Both the position numbers and the translations under genes were made by a program. The notes below the pieces were generated by a model that was not told the DNA's origin, ran no database searches, and saw nothing but the letters and a program-made list of their open reading frames with translations. 48,596 nt of DNA from Actinomycetes bacterium (lineage in GTDB: Bacteria > Actinomycetota > Geothermincolia > Geothermincolales > JAHEXQ01), in the NCBI GenBank assembly GCA_023252035.1, contig JAHEXQ010000001.1, positions 1 through 48,596 on the forward strand, given 5' to 3'. Positions 25,117 to 35,157 of this stretch are shown here, one piece after another (positions within the stretch are counted from its first letter, which is position 1; every line of letters starts with the position of its first letter).

Positions 25117-25379
25117 TTCTCTCCATGATCTGATCGAGATTGCCAACGTGCCCTTGCGGCTTTCCTAGCAATCTCGCTGCGTTGCTCATAAGTAAGCTTC
25201 TCCGCTCTTGCGCGGCCACCTTTCAGCCCACCTCTTCGGCCTAGTTCGACCGCAGCGGGATTCTTCTCGCGCTCCGGCTTGGGCGCAGGCTTTTCTTCAC
25301 CCGTCGCCTCAGATACAATCGCAGCGGCAAGTCTATTCAGATCTCTTGGCTTTTTCCCCTTGCTTGACCGTTCAGGCAT
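25113..25379 (-). CDS. 88-aa basic protein with KGG / ARKAAxARW C-terminal motif (IS passenger gene 1)
   Basis: It is Lys/Arg-rich, ending ELGRRGGLKGGRARAEKLTYEQRSEIARKAARARW. From memory this motif recurs in small phage/plasmid-borne proteins. It is the first gene inside the right IR. Confidence 0.55.
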   Translation of the reverse strand: MPERSSKGKKPRDLNRLAAAIVSEATGEEKPAPKPEREKNPAAVELGRRGGLKGGRARAEKLTYEQRSEIARKAARARWQSRSDHGEK

Positions 25380-25436
25380 ACTTTAACGATATCACGTTTT
25401 GTCAAATTCTGCGGTTTCAAACTGACCCACTACCCT

Positions 25437-26234
25437 TCACCCGGTCCCCGGTGCCAAGCCACCGGGGACGTCCCGGGCCAGCACGCAGCAGGTGACCCGT
25501 CCGGCGCCTGCCCGCTTCAGCGAGCGGGCGCATTCCGAGAGGGTGAAGCCCGAGGTCATCACGTCATCCACCAGCAGCACGTGCGTACGGCCCGACAGGC
25601 CCTCCTCTCTTGCCTCGAAAGCGCCGCGGACGTTTTCCCGTCTCGCCCTGAGAGCCAGGCCCGTCTGGGCCGCTCCGGACCTCGTCCTCCGCAGCAGCGG
25701 GGCCGCCTCCAGGCCCAGGCCCCGCGCCACTTCCTTCGCCAGGAGCTCCGCCTGGTTGTAGCCCCTCTCCTTCTGCTTGCGACGGTGCATGGGTACGAAG
25801 GTCACCACATCGAAAGCACCCTCGGCGGCCGTCTGCGCTCTCCATGCATACATGTCGCCCCCGGCCGCGCAAGCGGCTTGCGTGGCACCGCTAGCCGGCG
25901 CTCCCTGCCGCAGCGCTTCGCCCATCAGATCGGCCAGGTAAGGCACGAGACGGCGCCCGTTACGGTACTTGAGCCGGTGGATTATGGCGCGCAGGGGATC
26001 GCGGTAGAGGCCGGCGGCGTAAGCCCCATCGAAAGCGGGCCTGCGCAAAAGGCATTCCGCGCAGACGTCCACCTCGTAAAAAGTCGGGCGGGCACAGCGC
26101 CTGCAGCGCGGCCCTTGGAGCAATGCAAGCCTATCCCGGCAGTCGCCGCAGACCAGCTCGCCGCCGTACTCGCCGCACCCCGCGCAGGAAGTGGGGAAGA
26201 CAAGTTCCAGAAGGTATTCGCCCAACCAGCCCAT
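25437..26234 (-). CDS. comFC: ComF-family phosphoribosyltransferase (ComFC-like)
   Basis: The N-terminal zinc ribbon is CAGCGEYGGELVCGDCRDRL...CRRCARP...CAEC. The PRTase motif is VLLVDDVMTSGFT. Its stop codon lies in the IS target duplication. Confidence 0.9.
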   Translation of the reverse strand: MGWLGEYLLELVFPTSCAGCGEYGGELVCGDCRDRLALLQGPRCRRCARPTFYEVDVCAECLLRRPAFDGAYAAGLYRDPLRAIIHRLKYRNGRRLVPYLADLMGEALRQGAPASGATQAACAAGGDMYAWRAQTAAEGAFDVVTFVPMHRRKQKERGYNQAELLAKEVARGLGLEAAPLLRRTRSGAAQTGLALRARRENVRGAFEAREEGLSGRTHVLLVDDVMTSGFTLSECARSLKRAGAGRVTCCVLARDVPGGLAPGTG

Positions 26235-26236
26235 AA

Positions 26237-26300
26237 AACCTCAGCCCATAGAAATGCCGGCTCGCAGAAACCTCAGCCCATAGGTCAAACCTCAGCCCAA
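26237..26300 (-). repeat. three direct copies of the comFC start region, (T)ATGGGCTGAGGTTT, each reading Met-Gly-stop
   Basis: On the minus strand the copies are TTGGGCTGAGGTTT (26300-26288), TATGGGCTGAGGTTT (26282-26269) and TATGGGCTGAGGTTT (26250-26237). The last is followed immediately by the real start TATGGGCTGGTTGGG. Confidence 0.75.
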
Positions 26301-26368
26301 AACAAAAACCTCATAAGTTATATAACATATGAGGTATCGTCAAGCAACCGCCTGCCCCTGGAAAACGC

Positions 26369-27514
26369 TCAAGGTGCCTCCGGCGGCTCCTCGGACTCCT
26401 TCTTGACCCTCTCGTTCTTCCCGATGATCGAGCCTGGCATTACGCGCACGCTGGGGTGGATGACACTCCCCTCGCCGATAACGGTGCGGTTTCCGATGAT
26501 TGTATCCCGCATCACGGCCGCCTTCTCGCCGATCTCCGCTTCGTAACACACGATGGAGTCCACGATATTTGCGTCCTTACCTATGTAGCCCTCTCCCCAC
26601 TTGATGCCGCGGCAGAGCAGGGCTCCCTCGTCTATGACCGTCCGGTCGCCCACGATGAGTGGCCCGTAGAGCTTGGCTCCGGTCATGACGTGGCACTCAG
26701 CCCCGATGCAGATGGGCCCCACTATGAGCACGTCCTCCTCGATGACCGTGCCGTCGCCGATCCAGACATCGTCTCCGATGCGCACGCCCGGGATATTCAC
26801 GCGCACGTGCCCCTCCAGGGCGTCGAAGTTCCCCCTCCGGTACTCCTCGATGCTGCCCACGTCGTTCCAGTAGTCGTTATGGACGTAGGCGTAGAATGCT
26901 ATATCGTTCTCGAGGAGGTCGGGGAAGAGCTGGCTGCCGAAGTCGTAATAGAAGCGCTTGGGGATGAGGTCGAAGATGTCGGGCTCCATCATGTAGATAC
27001 CGCTGTTGGCCACGCGGCTCTGCTCCGTTCCCGGCTCCGGCTTCTCCTGGAAGGACCGGATGCGGGCTTCCTCGTCCGCAATGACCACTCCGTACTTGGA
27101 GGGGTCGTCCACGCGCGTGCAGACGATGCTCGCTATACCTCTCTTGGCCCGGTGGTATTCCGCGAGGCCGCCCAGATCGATATCCGTCAGGGCGTCGCCG
27201 CTGATGATGAGGAAGGTCTCCCCCCGCAACTCCTTTTCGAGTTTCTTCACACCGCCGGCCGTTCCCAGCAGCTCTTCCTCGTAGGAATACTCGATATGGG
27301 CTCCCCAGGCTTTGCCGTCCCCGAAATGGTTGCGGATGGCGTGCGGGTAGTAATGCAGGTTCACGTAGATGTCCCTGATGCCGTGCCTCACCAGCAGTTC
27401 GACGATGTGTTCCATGACGGGCTTGTTCACGATGGGCACCATGGGCTTGGCGATGTCCTCGGTGAGCGGCTTCAGGCGGGTTCCCAGGCCCGCAGCGAGT
27501 ATCATGGCTTTCAT
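26369..27514 (-). CDS. sugar-phosphate nucleotidyltransferase with C-terminal left-handed beta-helix (mannose-1-P guanylyltransferase-like)
   Basis: MKAMILAAGLGTRLKPLTEDIAKPMVP is the NTP-transferase G-loop, and hexapeptide repeats sit in the C-terminal third. The ATG at 27514 follows GGAGG. Confidence 0.85.
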   Translation of the reverse strand: MKAMILAAGLGTRLKPLTEDIAKPMVPIVNKPVMEHIVELLVRHGIRDIYVNLHYYPHAIRNHFGDGKAWGAHIEYSYEEELLGTAGGVKKLEKELRGETFLIISGDALTDIDLGGLAEYHRAKRGIASIVCTRVDDPSKYGVVIADEEARIRSFQEKPEPGTEQSRVANSGIYMMEPDIFDLIPKRFYYDFGSQLFPDLLENDIAFYAYVHNDYWNDVGSIEEYRRGNFDALEGHVRVNIPGVRIGDDVWIGDGTVIEEDVLIVGPICIGAECHVMTGAKLYGPLIVGDRTVIDEGALLCRGIKWGEGYIGKDANIVDSIVCYEAEIGEKAAVMRDTIIGNRTVIGEGSVIHPSVRVMPGSIIGKNERVKKESEEPPEAP

Positions 27515-27574
27515 CCGATGGCCTCCTGCATGATTCCTTTCATAGGCGAGCCTCCACAATACGCCGGATCGCTT

Positions 27575-28645
27575 TCATCGCGCCGCCTCTACCATCTGCC
27601 TTATCGTGGGCGCGGAGGGCGGCCCGAGTACTCCGGCCTCCGTGATGATGGCGGTTATCAGCTCGGCGGGCGTGATGTCGAAAGCGGGGTTGCGCGCCTG
27701 CACGCCGGCCGGGGTCAGCTCTGTTCCTCCGCAGCCGCAGACGCAGATCTCGCCGGGATCCCGCTCCTCGATGGGGATGCCGGAGCCGTCCGGCAGGCCC
27801 AGATCGAAGGTGGACAGGGGCGCCGCGACGTAGAAAGCCACTCCGTGGCGCTGAGCCAGCACCGCCAGAGGATAGGTCCCTATCTTGTTGGCGGTGTCGC
27901 CGTTGGCCGCGATGCGGTCGGCTCCCACCACGGCTGCGTCTATCTCTCCCCGGGACATGAAGTGTCCCGCCATGTTGTCGCAGATGAGCGTCAGCGGTAT
28001 CCCGGATTTCTGCAGTTCCCAGGCGGTCAGCCGGGCGCCCTGCAGGAGCGGCCGCGTCTCGTCCACGAAGACGTTCTCGATCTTTCCCATTTCATGTGCA
28101 GCACGGATGACCCCCAGAGCCGTGCCGTACTCCACGGTCGCCAGGCCGCCCGCGTTGCAGTGGGTGATGACCCGGCAGCCCTCCGGCAGCAAAGCGGCGC
28201 CGTTGTGCCCGATGGCACGGTCCGCCTCCTCCTGCTCCCGGGAGATGGCCAGGGCCTCGTCCACCAGGGCTTCCCTCAGGGCTGCCGCGTCCGGGTAATC
28301 CGAGCCAGCCATCCGGCGCATGCGCCGGATGGCCCAGAAGAGGTTCACGGCGGTGGGACGTGTCGAGGCGAGCAGGTCGCAAGCGGCCTCCACACTCGAC
28401 CTTGCTGTAGATAGATGCGCGGTTGGGTCCACCGCCAGCGCCACTCCCATGGCCGCCACCACGCCGATGGCCGGGGCTCCGCGGACGCTCATACGCGTGA
28501 TGGCCTCCGCCACCTCTGCGGGCTGCGTAAGCGTCAGATAAAGCTCCTGGGCTGGGAGCCGGGTCTGGTCAATCAGGATGACCTTTCCGTCCCGCCACTC
28601 CACCGATCTCGGCAAGCTTGTCCTTTCTTTAGGTAGTGACCCCAA
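27575..28645 (-). CDS. mtnA: S-methyl-5-thioribose-1-phosphate isomerase
   Basis: [17 protein letters not shown]...VRGAPAIGV...CNAGGLATV...[18 protein letters not shown] belong to the eIF-2B/MtnA family. Confidence 0.88.
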   Translation of the reverse strand: MGSLPKERTSLPRSVEWRDGKVILIDQTRLPAQELYLTLTQPAEVAEAITRMSVRGAPAIGVVAAMGVALAVDPTAHLSTARSSVEAACDLLASTRPTAVNLFWAIRRMRRMAGSDYPDAAALREALVDEALAISREQEEADRAIGHNGAALLPEGCRVITHCNAGGLATVEYGTALGVIRAAHEMGKIENVFVDETRPLLQGARLTAWELQKSGIPLTLICDNMAGHFMSRGEIDAAVVGADRIAANGDTANKIGTYPLAVLAQRHGVAFYVAAPLSTFDLGLPDGSGIPIEERDPGEICVCGCGGTELTPAGVQARNPAFDITPAELITAIITEAGVLGPPSAPTIRQMVEAAR

Positions 28646-28656
28646 TGAAAGCCGTT

Positions 28657-28691
28657 ATCCTTACTTTAAGTCCTGTCCCCAATGTAAGGAT
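28657..28691 (+). repeat. third copy of the 35-nt hairpin repeat
   Basis: ATCCTTACTTTAAGTCCTGTCCCCAATGTAAGGAT has an 8-bp stem and a 19-nt loop. It abuts the ahcY stop codon and differs by 1 nt from the copy at 8617-8651. Confidence 0.8.
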
Positions 28692-29948
<1,257 letters not shown>

Positions 29949-30863
29949 CTATGTCTCCTTCTCTTTCATCTGTCTGACCGTCTCCGCCTGCCCGATCACC
30001 CGCAGCAGCAACGATCCCAGGGCGGGAGCTGCTTTCCCCGCGGCTTCCAAAATCCGTTCGTGCGAAGCCGGATGCGGCTTGCGCAAGTCCCAAGTGTTGG
30101 TTATACAGCTTATCCCGAGAACCCGTATCCCCAGAAGACGCGCCGCGAGCACCTCGGGCACGGTGCTCATGCCCACGGCATCGCCCCCGATGACCCGCAT
30201 GTAGCGTAGCTCGGCTCCCGTCTCGTAGCTGGGCCCGGCCACGGCCACGTAAACACCTTCTGCGGCGCGGATTGCCTCGACCTCGGCTATTCCCATGGCC
30301 ATCTCGGCCAGTTGTTCGTCGTACGCATCGGACAGATCCAGAAAGGCGGGGCTCCCGTCTTCTGCCTCCACTCCGGTCAGCGGGTCGGCACCCATGAGGT
30401 TGATATGGTCACGGATGACCATAAGATCGCCCGTCTCATATACGGGGTTTAGAGCCCCGGCCGCGTTGGTGAGGATGAGGTGAGATACTCCCAGCTCCGC
30501 CAGAACGCGCACCGGAAAGGTGACCGCGTCCATGCCACAGCCCTCGTAGAGGTGGCGCCTCCCCCTCTGCACCAGGCAGGGGGTTCCATCCATGAGGCCG
30601 ATGGCGATATCTCCCGTCTGACCCGGCACCCGGGGCGGCCGCATGTGCGGGATGTCTCGCATGTCGATGCGCACGGCCCCCTCCAGTGCGGGCACCGCGT
30701 CGCCCAATCCGGAGCCGAGTACTATCCCCCACCGGGGAGACGGCGTCCCCGCGGGCGTCGCGGCTTTGATATGCTGTGCCACTTCGATGACCATCGGGTC
30801 CTTGGACCAGCTCAGGCCGCGCTTCTCCGGTTCCGCCATATCAGATATTCTCCCCACCGTCAT
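29949..30863 (-). CDS. purine nucleoside phosphorylase family protein (PunA/MTAP-type trimeric PNP)
   Basis: LGSGLG, LTNAAGALNP and GPSYETGAELRYMRVIGGDAVGMSTVPE are present. An alternative start is at 30839 (MAEPEKRG). Confidence 0.88.
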   Translation of the reverse strand: MTVGRISDMAEPEKRGLSWSKDPMVIEVAQHIKAATPAGTPSPRWGIVLGSGLGDAVPALEGAVRIDMRDIPHMRPPRVPGQTGDIAIGLMDGTPCLVQRGRRHLYEGCGMDAVTFPVRVLAELGVSHLILTNAAGALNPVYETGDLMVIRDHINLMGADPLTGVEAEDGSPAFLDLSDAYDEQLAEMAMGIAEVEAIRAAEGVYVAVAGPSYETGAELRYMRVIGGDAVGMSTVPEVLAARLLGIRVLGISCITNTWDLRKPHPASHERILEAAGKAAPALGSLLLRVIGQAETVRQMKEKET

Positions 30864-31959
30864 TCCCAGCCGTCTCTGCCGTTCCGGGCTCCTCCGCCAT
30901 GCGCCGCTTCAACTCGGCGATGCGCTCCACGGGCGTGGGGTCCTCCCGGTTCAGGAGGGCCAGGTAGCAGGAGACGAAATCGCCGAGGTAGGCTGCGCCG
31001 AAGAACTTCTCCAGGGCGCTGTCTCCCCCGATATGCAGCACGCTCACCCCGCCCAGGTTGTCCCGGATGAGGTCCGCCGTTATCTCCACGCGCCGGGCCA
31101 CCCGGGGATGCGTGTCGCGTTCCACCAGGAAGATGACCTCTACGCGCCGCGTCAGGTCCGGCAGTTGCTTCCAGCCTACGATCTCGTTGTGGTCCAGCTC
31201 CGGCAGCACGTTGCAGAAAGCCGGGACCTTGGCTATCTCGTTGAGCTGGCACTTCCAGCGATAAACCACGACGGCCAGCAAACCGTCGCTGCCGTAGATG
31301 ACGGGTACATAACCGGCCAGGCGCCGCGCCAGTTGCTTGGCGAAGTTGGACCTCTCGGGCTGGGCCCTGCTCCAATCGGCGCGCTTCCCCTGGAGATGTT
31401 GGATGGCTCCCTCCGCCGCTTGCGCAAAGCCCGGTGCCAATCCCATGCGCTCCAGGAGCGTTCCGATGGAGAGCGACAAATAACCCAGGGCCGCCCTGGG
31501 TTGAAACCCGCCGGGCAGGAGCACCGCCGGGTAACCGCCGGCGCGGGCCCTCTCCAGCAGGGTCCCCCCGGAGGTCACCGCCACCAGCCGGCAGCCCTGC
31601 GCCGCGGCCTGCCCCTCCGCCGCCAGGGTCTCCTCCGTGTTGCCGGAGTAGCTGACGGCGAAGACGAGCGTCTCCGGGCCGTAGTATTTCGGTATCGTAT
31701 AAAATTTGTGCACGCTCACGGGCATGCCCATATCCTGCTCCAGCAGAGCCTTGATGACGTCGCCGCTTATGCCCGAGCCCCCCATGCCCAGGACAGCAAC
31801 CCGCTCAAGACCTGCCGCCTCCGGCAGCCCTTCCACTTCTGCGCCCAGGCGCAGCGCTTCCCGGCACTGCTGGGGGAAGTCCTCGACCGCCGGGAGCATC
31901 CCCGAGGGATCGAGTTCCGACATCATCCCGACGTCGTCCAAGTTGATAGCCTCATCCAT
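30841..31959 (-). CDS. bifunctional phosphoglucose/phosphomannose isomerase (SIS domain)
   Basis: It has SIS motifs VAVLGMGGSGISGD and VSYSGNTEETL, plus the PGI/PMI-type C-terminus NEIVGW...R. Confidence 0.82.
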   Translation of the reverse strand: MDEAINLDDVGMMSELDPSGMLPAVEDFPQQCREALRLGAEVEGLPEAAGLERVAVLGMGGSGISGDVIKALLEQDMGMPVSVHKFYTIPKYYGPETLVFAVSYSGNTEETLAAEGQAAAQGCRLVAVTSGGTLLERARAGGYPAVLLPGGFQPRAALGYLSLSIGTLLERMGLAPGFAQAAEGAIQHLQGKRADWSRAQPERSNFAKQLARRLAGYVPVIYGSDGLLAVVVYRWKCQLNEIAKVPAFCNVLPELDHNEIVGWKQLPDLTRRVEVIFLVERDTHPRVARRVEITADLIRDNLGGVSVLHIGGDSALEKFFGAAYLGDFVSCYLALLNREDPTPVERIAELKRRMAEEPGTAETAGNDGGENI

Positions 31960-32082
31960 GCGAGATCCTTTCCGGCCTCTCCCAAAAATGCCCGCGCAAC
32001 GCGGAAGATTATAACATGGGCCTTTCCCCTGATATGCGGCCTACTCGCGCTCCCGGCCTGTGCGCGCGCGTCCCCGGGCGCG

Positions 32083-33099
32083 CTAAATGTACGTGTGGAA
32101 GTGCTCTTGGTAGTATTCCAGGGTCCTGGCGAGAGCCTCTCTCAGGGGAGTCTTCGGCTCCCATCCGATGACGGATTTTATGAGGCCATAATCCGCATAG
32201 AAATCCCCTATGTCTATGCGCTTGCGGTTCTTGGGGAACTCCTTGACGACGTACTCTCCCGACCCGTGCACCTCTATCATGAGTTTCGCCAGGTCCAGCA
32301 GGCTTATCACGCAGTCCCCGCCCAGGTTGAATATCCCGCCGTTGGAATGACCGCTGGCCGCCAGCCTCAGGAAGGCATCCACCACATCGTCCACGTAGCT
32401 GAAGTCCCGCACCTGGTGACCGTCCCAGACCTCGATAGGCCGGCCCTCCAGCAATTGCCTCACCCATATCCCCAGGAAGGTCTGGCGCGAGTCCTTGATG
32501 CGCATGCGCGGGCCGATGGTGTTGGTCAGGCGCAGAATGGCCGTGCGTATGCCGTAAACGGACTCGTACAGCAGGTGGTACCGCTCCCCCGCCAGCTTGT
32601 TGATGCCGTTCACGTCCACGGGGTTCAGCGGGTGCTTCTCGTCCACCGGGAGGTACTGGGGCTTTCCGTATATCTGGCGCGTGCTGGCGTAGAGGGTCTT
32701 GATATGGCGGTTGTATTTGCGGCAGGCTTCCAGGATATATAGTTGCGACTTCGCGTTTATCTCGATGTCGGTATAGGGGTCCTGCATGGAGTCCAGGTGG
32801 CTGGTCTGCCCGGCCAGGTTGAAGAGGTAGCTCTTCCCCTTGACCAGGTACTTCATGCTGTGCTCATCGCGCACGTCGGAGATGTTGACCTCCACCTCGC
32901 GCCTGATGGGCGCGATGTTGAAGAGATTGCCGCCGTACTCGGGGATCATGCTGTCCACCAGCAAAACATCGGCGCCGAGCTCCACTAACCGCCCGGCCAG
33001 GCTGGAGCCGATAAAGCCGAGGCCGCCCGTTATCAGGACGCTCTTGCCCTCGAACGCGGCGTTCAGGTCATCCATACTTCTCTCCGTCATGAACTCCAA
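32083..33099 (-). CDS. NAD-dependent epimerase/dehydratase (extended SDR)
   Basis: A Rossmann motif ITGGLGFIGS and the catalytic YxxxK context (INKLAGERY) are present. Confidence 0.85.
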   Translation of the reverse strand: MEFMTERSMDDLNAAFEGKSVLITGGLGFIGSSLAGRLVELGADVLLVDSMIPEYGGNLFNIAPIRREVEVNISDVRDEHSMKYLVKGKSYLFNLAGQTSHLDSMQDPYTDIEINAKSQLYILEACRKYNRHIKTLYASTRQIYGKPQYLPVDEKHPLNPVDVNGINKLAGERYHLLYESVYGIRTAILRLTNTIGPRMRIKDSRQTFLGIWVRQLLEGRPIEVWDGHQVRDFSYVDDVVDAFLRLAASGHSNGGIFNLGGDCVISLLDLAKLMIEVHGSGEYVVKEFPKNRKRIDIGDFYADYGLIKSVIGWEPKTPLREALARTLEYYQEHFHTYI

Positions 33100-33217
33100 G
33101 CCCGACCTCGCAACCAGCGCTTACTCGTCAATGCACGCCTCAGACTAACACGCTGGAAATAGCCTGTTCAACTGGTCTAAGCCGTGACTTCTGCCTAGCC
33201 TCTCCGCGTCCCTTTTG

Positions 33218-33226
33218 TGCTAGAAT
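33218..33226 (+). promoter_or_regulatory. extended -10 promoter (TGcTAGAAT) giving a near-leaderless PMM transcript
   Basis: TGCTAGAAT ends 9 nt before the GTG start at 33236, and no SD fits in between. Confidence 0.35.
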
Positions 33227-33235
33227 CATGAGACC

Positions 33236-34576
33236 GTGAAAAAAATCGATCCGGGAATCTTCAAGGCCTATGACGTAAGGGGCATCTACCCCGGCGAGCT
33301 GAACGAAGACGTGGCCTACGCCGTGGCCCGCGCCTTCTGTCTCTTCCTGGGAGAGGAGAAGCTGGTCGTGGGAAGGGACATGCGCCTCTCCTCGCCGGCC
33401 CTGTCCGAGGCCTTCATCCGGGGAGCGAACGACCAGGGTGTGGACGTCGTCGATATCGGGCTCTGCTCCACCGACATGATCTATTTCGCCTCGGGGTTAC
33501 TGGACCTGCCGGGCGCCATGTTCACCGCCTCGCATAATCCCAAGGACTACAACGGACTGAAGCTGTGCAAGCGCCAGGCGGCTCCCATCAGCGAGGACAC
33601 CGGCATCCGGGAGATAAAGGAGCTGGCCCTGGCGGGCAACTGGCCGGGCCCGGAAAAACGAGGCGGCGTGGAGGCCGTCGACATGCTACCCCAGTACGTC
33701 CAGCACGTGCTCACCTTCATCGACGTCTCGGCCGTGCAACCCCTGAGCATCGTGGTGGATGCGGGAAACGGCATGGCCGGCAAGCTGATACCGGCGGTCT
33801 TCGACCACCTGCCCTGCCGCATCATCCCCATGTTCTTCGAGCTGGACGGCTCCTTCCCGCACCACCAGCCGAGCCCCATCGAGCCCCAGAACATCAAGCT
33901 GGTGCAGGACAAGGTGCTTCGGGAAGGTGCTGACCTGGGCATGGCCTTCGACGGCGACGCCGACCGCGTGTTCCTGGTAGACGACCTGGGCGAGCCGGTG
34001 AGCGGGTCGCTGACCACCGCCATGGTGGCGAAGCGCATGCTCCAGAAGAACCCCGGCGCCAAGGTCATCTACAACCTCATCAATAGCTGGGTGGTGCCCG
34101 AGACCATCCGTGAGTACGGGGGCGAGCCCATCCGGGAACGGGTCGGGCACTCCTTCATCAAGCAGACCATGGCCGAGACGGGCGCCGTCTTCGCCGGCGA
34201 GCACTCCGGCCATTACTACTTCCGCGACAACTACCGCGCGGACAGCGGCCTCATCGCCTCGCTCATCGTGGTGGAACTGGTGTCGGTGGAGGAGAAACCG
34301 CTCTCCAAGATACTCGAGCCCTTCCGCAAGTACTACGCCACCGGCGAGATCAACTCCGAGGTGAGCGATATCCCCGCCAAGCTCGAGCAGATAGCGGTGC
34401 GCTACGGCGACGGCAAGGTGGACCGCACGGACGGCATCACCGTGGAGTACGAGGACTGGTGGTTCAACGTCCGCCCCTCCAACACCGAGCCGCTCATCCG
34501 CCTGAACCTGGAGGCCAAGACCCCCAGCCTCATGGCGGAGAAACGGGACGAGGTCCTGGCGGCCATCCGGTCGTAG
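33236..34576 (+). CDS. phosphomannomutase/phosphoglucomutase
   Basis: The active-site loop TASHNP, the metal loop FDGDADR and the sugar loop GEHSGH are present in a 446-aa protein. Confidence 0.93.
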   Translation: MKKIDPGIFKAYDVRGIYPGELNEDVAYAVARAFCLFLGEEKLVVGRDMRLSSPALSEAFIRGANDQGVDVVDIGLCSTDMIYFASGLLDLPGAMFTASHNPKDYNGLKLCKRQAAPISEDTGIREIKELALAGNWPGPEKRGGVEAVDMLPQYVQHVLTFIDVSAVQPLSIVVDAGNGMAGKLIPAVFDHLPCRIIPMFFELDGSFPHHQPSPIEPQNIKLVQDKVLREGADLGMAFDGDADRVFLVDDLGEPVSGSLTTAMVAKRMLQKNPGAKVIYNLINSWVVPETIREYGGEPIRERVGHSFIKQTMAETGAVFAGEHSGHYYFRDNYRADSGLIASLIVVELVSVEEKPLSKILEPFRKYYATGEINSEVSDIPAKLEQIAVRYGDGKVDRTDGITVEYEDWWFNVRPSNTEPLIRLNLEAKTPSLMAEKRDEVLAAIRS

Positions 34577-35157
34577 CTCAAGCTGAGCCGTTTGCCTGCG
34601 AAAAGCACTGCCCGCCTTCAATCACCCTGGTGATGGCATCTTGCGTGGCAGCGCGTTCCTCCGCGGGCAGGTGTGGCTCCAGGCGCGGGATGCCGCCGTT
34701 TCTGCCTTCCGGTCACGACACTGCGCCCCTTCAGGCAGCGCTATTTCCCAGGTCAGCGCGTGCCGCCGCCTCGGTAGCAGCATCCGCCAGCCGGCCCCGG
34801 CCAGCTGGATCTTGCCCGCGCCGAGCCCAATTGCACGCAGAAAAGGGCCCCGAGGCAGCCCCCAAAGGGAGAGAACTGCCGGGCTGCTCCTTATGAATGC
34901 TCCTGCTTACAAGCCTGTTGCACAAATGCCCCTTTGCATTATCCCTGCCCTAACAATGGCCTGTTTCGGCCTTCTAGTGGAGCACGGTATTCGTTTCAGG
35001 CGCCATATGCGCAATCCAATGGGGCCAATAATCCGTTGTATTGGTTCGCGCAACAGGCTTTTGCCATATTGTCATCGTGCGCCCCTATAATCTGCTTGGA
35101 TGCCGGGAGTGTATGACATCCAATATTCATGGAATCTGAGGGAAGGCTGAATACCTT

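Larger units (their letters stand above)
23006..25434 (-). mobile_element. IS1-family (ISMhu11-like, single-ORF transposase) insertion sequence carrying three passenger genes
   Basis: The 19-bp IRs GGTAGTGGGTCAGTTTCAA (23006-23024) and the reverse complement of 25416-25434 match at 18/19 and begin GGnnnTG. An 8-bp target duplication CTTCACCC is at 22998-23005 and 25435-25442. The element is visibly A+T-richer than its flanks. Confidence 0.85.

Noticed and set aside
26456-28414. Very long antisense or alternative-frame ORFs. Examples: 26456..28414 (652 aa), 30643..32742 (699 aa), 16089..17183, 18429..19760, 19678..21084, 36684..38177, 35127..35870 and 33686..34621.
   Set aside because: Each lies opposite, or out of frame with, a gene carrying unmistakable family motifs (secA, mtnA, ahcY, PGI/PMI, HD-GYP, SNF2, PMM). 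Their products are low-complexity (R/G/P/H/A-rich) with no recognisable motifs. Stop-codon depletion in G+C-rich DNA explains them.
34577-35157. A hidden gene or gene remnant in the 580-nt spacer between PMM and the SNF2 gene.
   Set aside because: By eye, all six frames gave only short, low-complexity translations with no recognisable motif. It is treated as non-coding DNA belonging to the insert, possibly promoter or regulatory.
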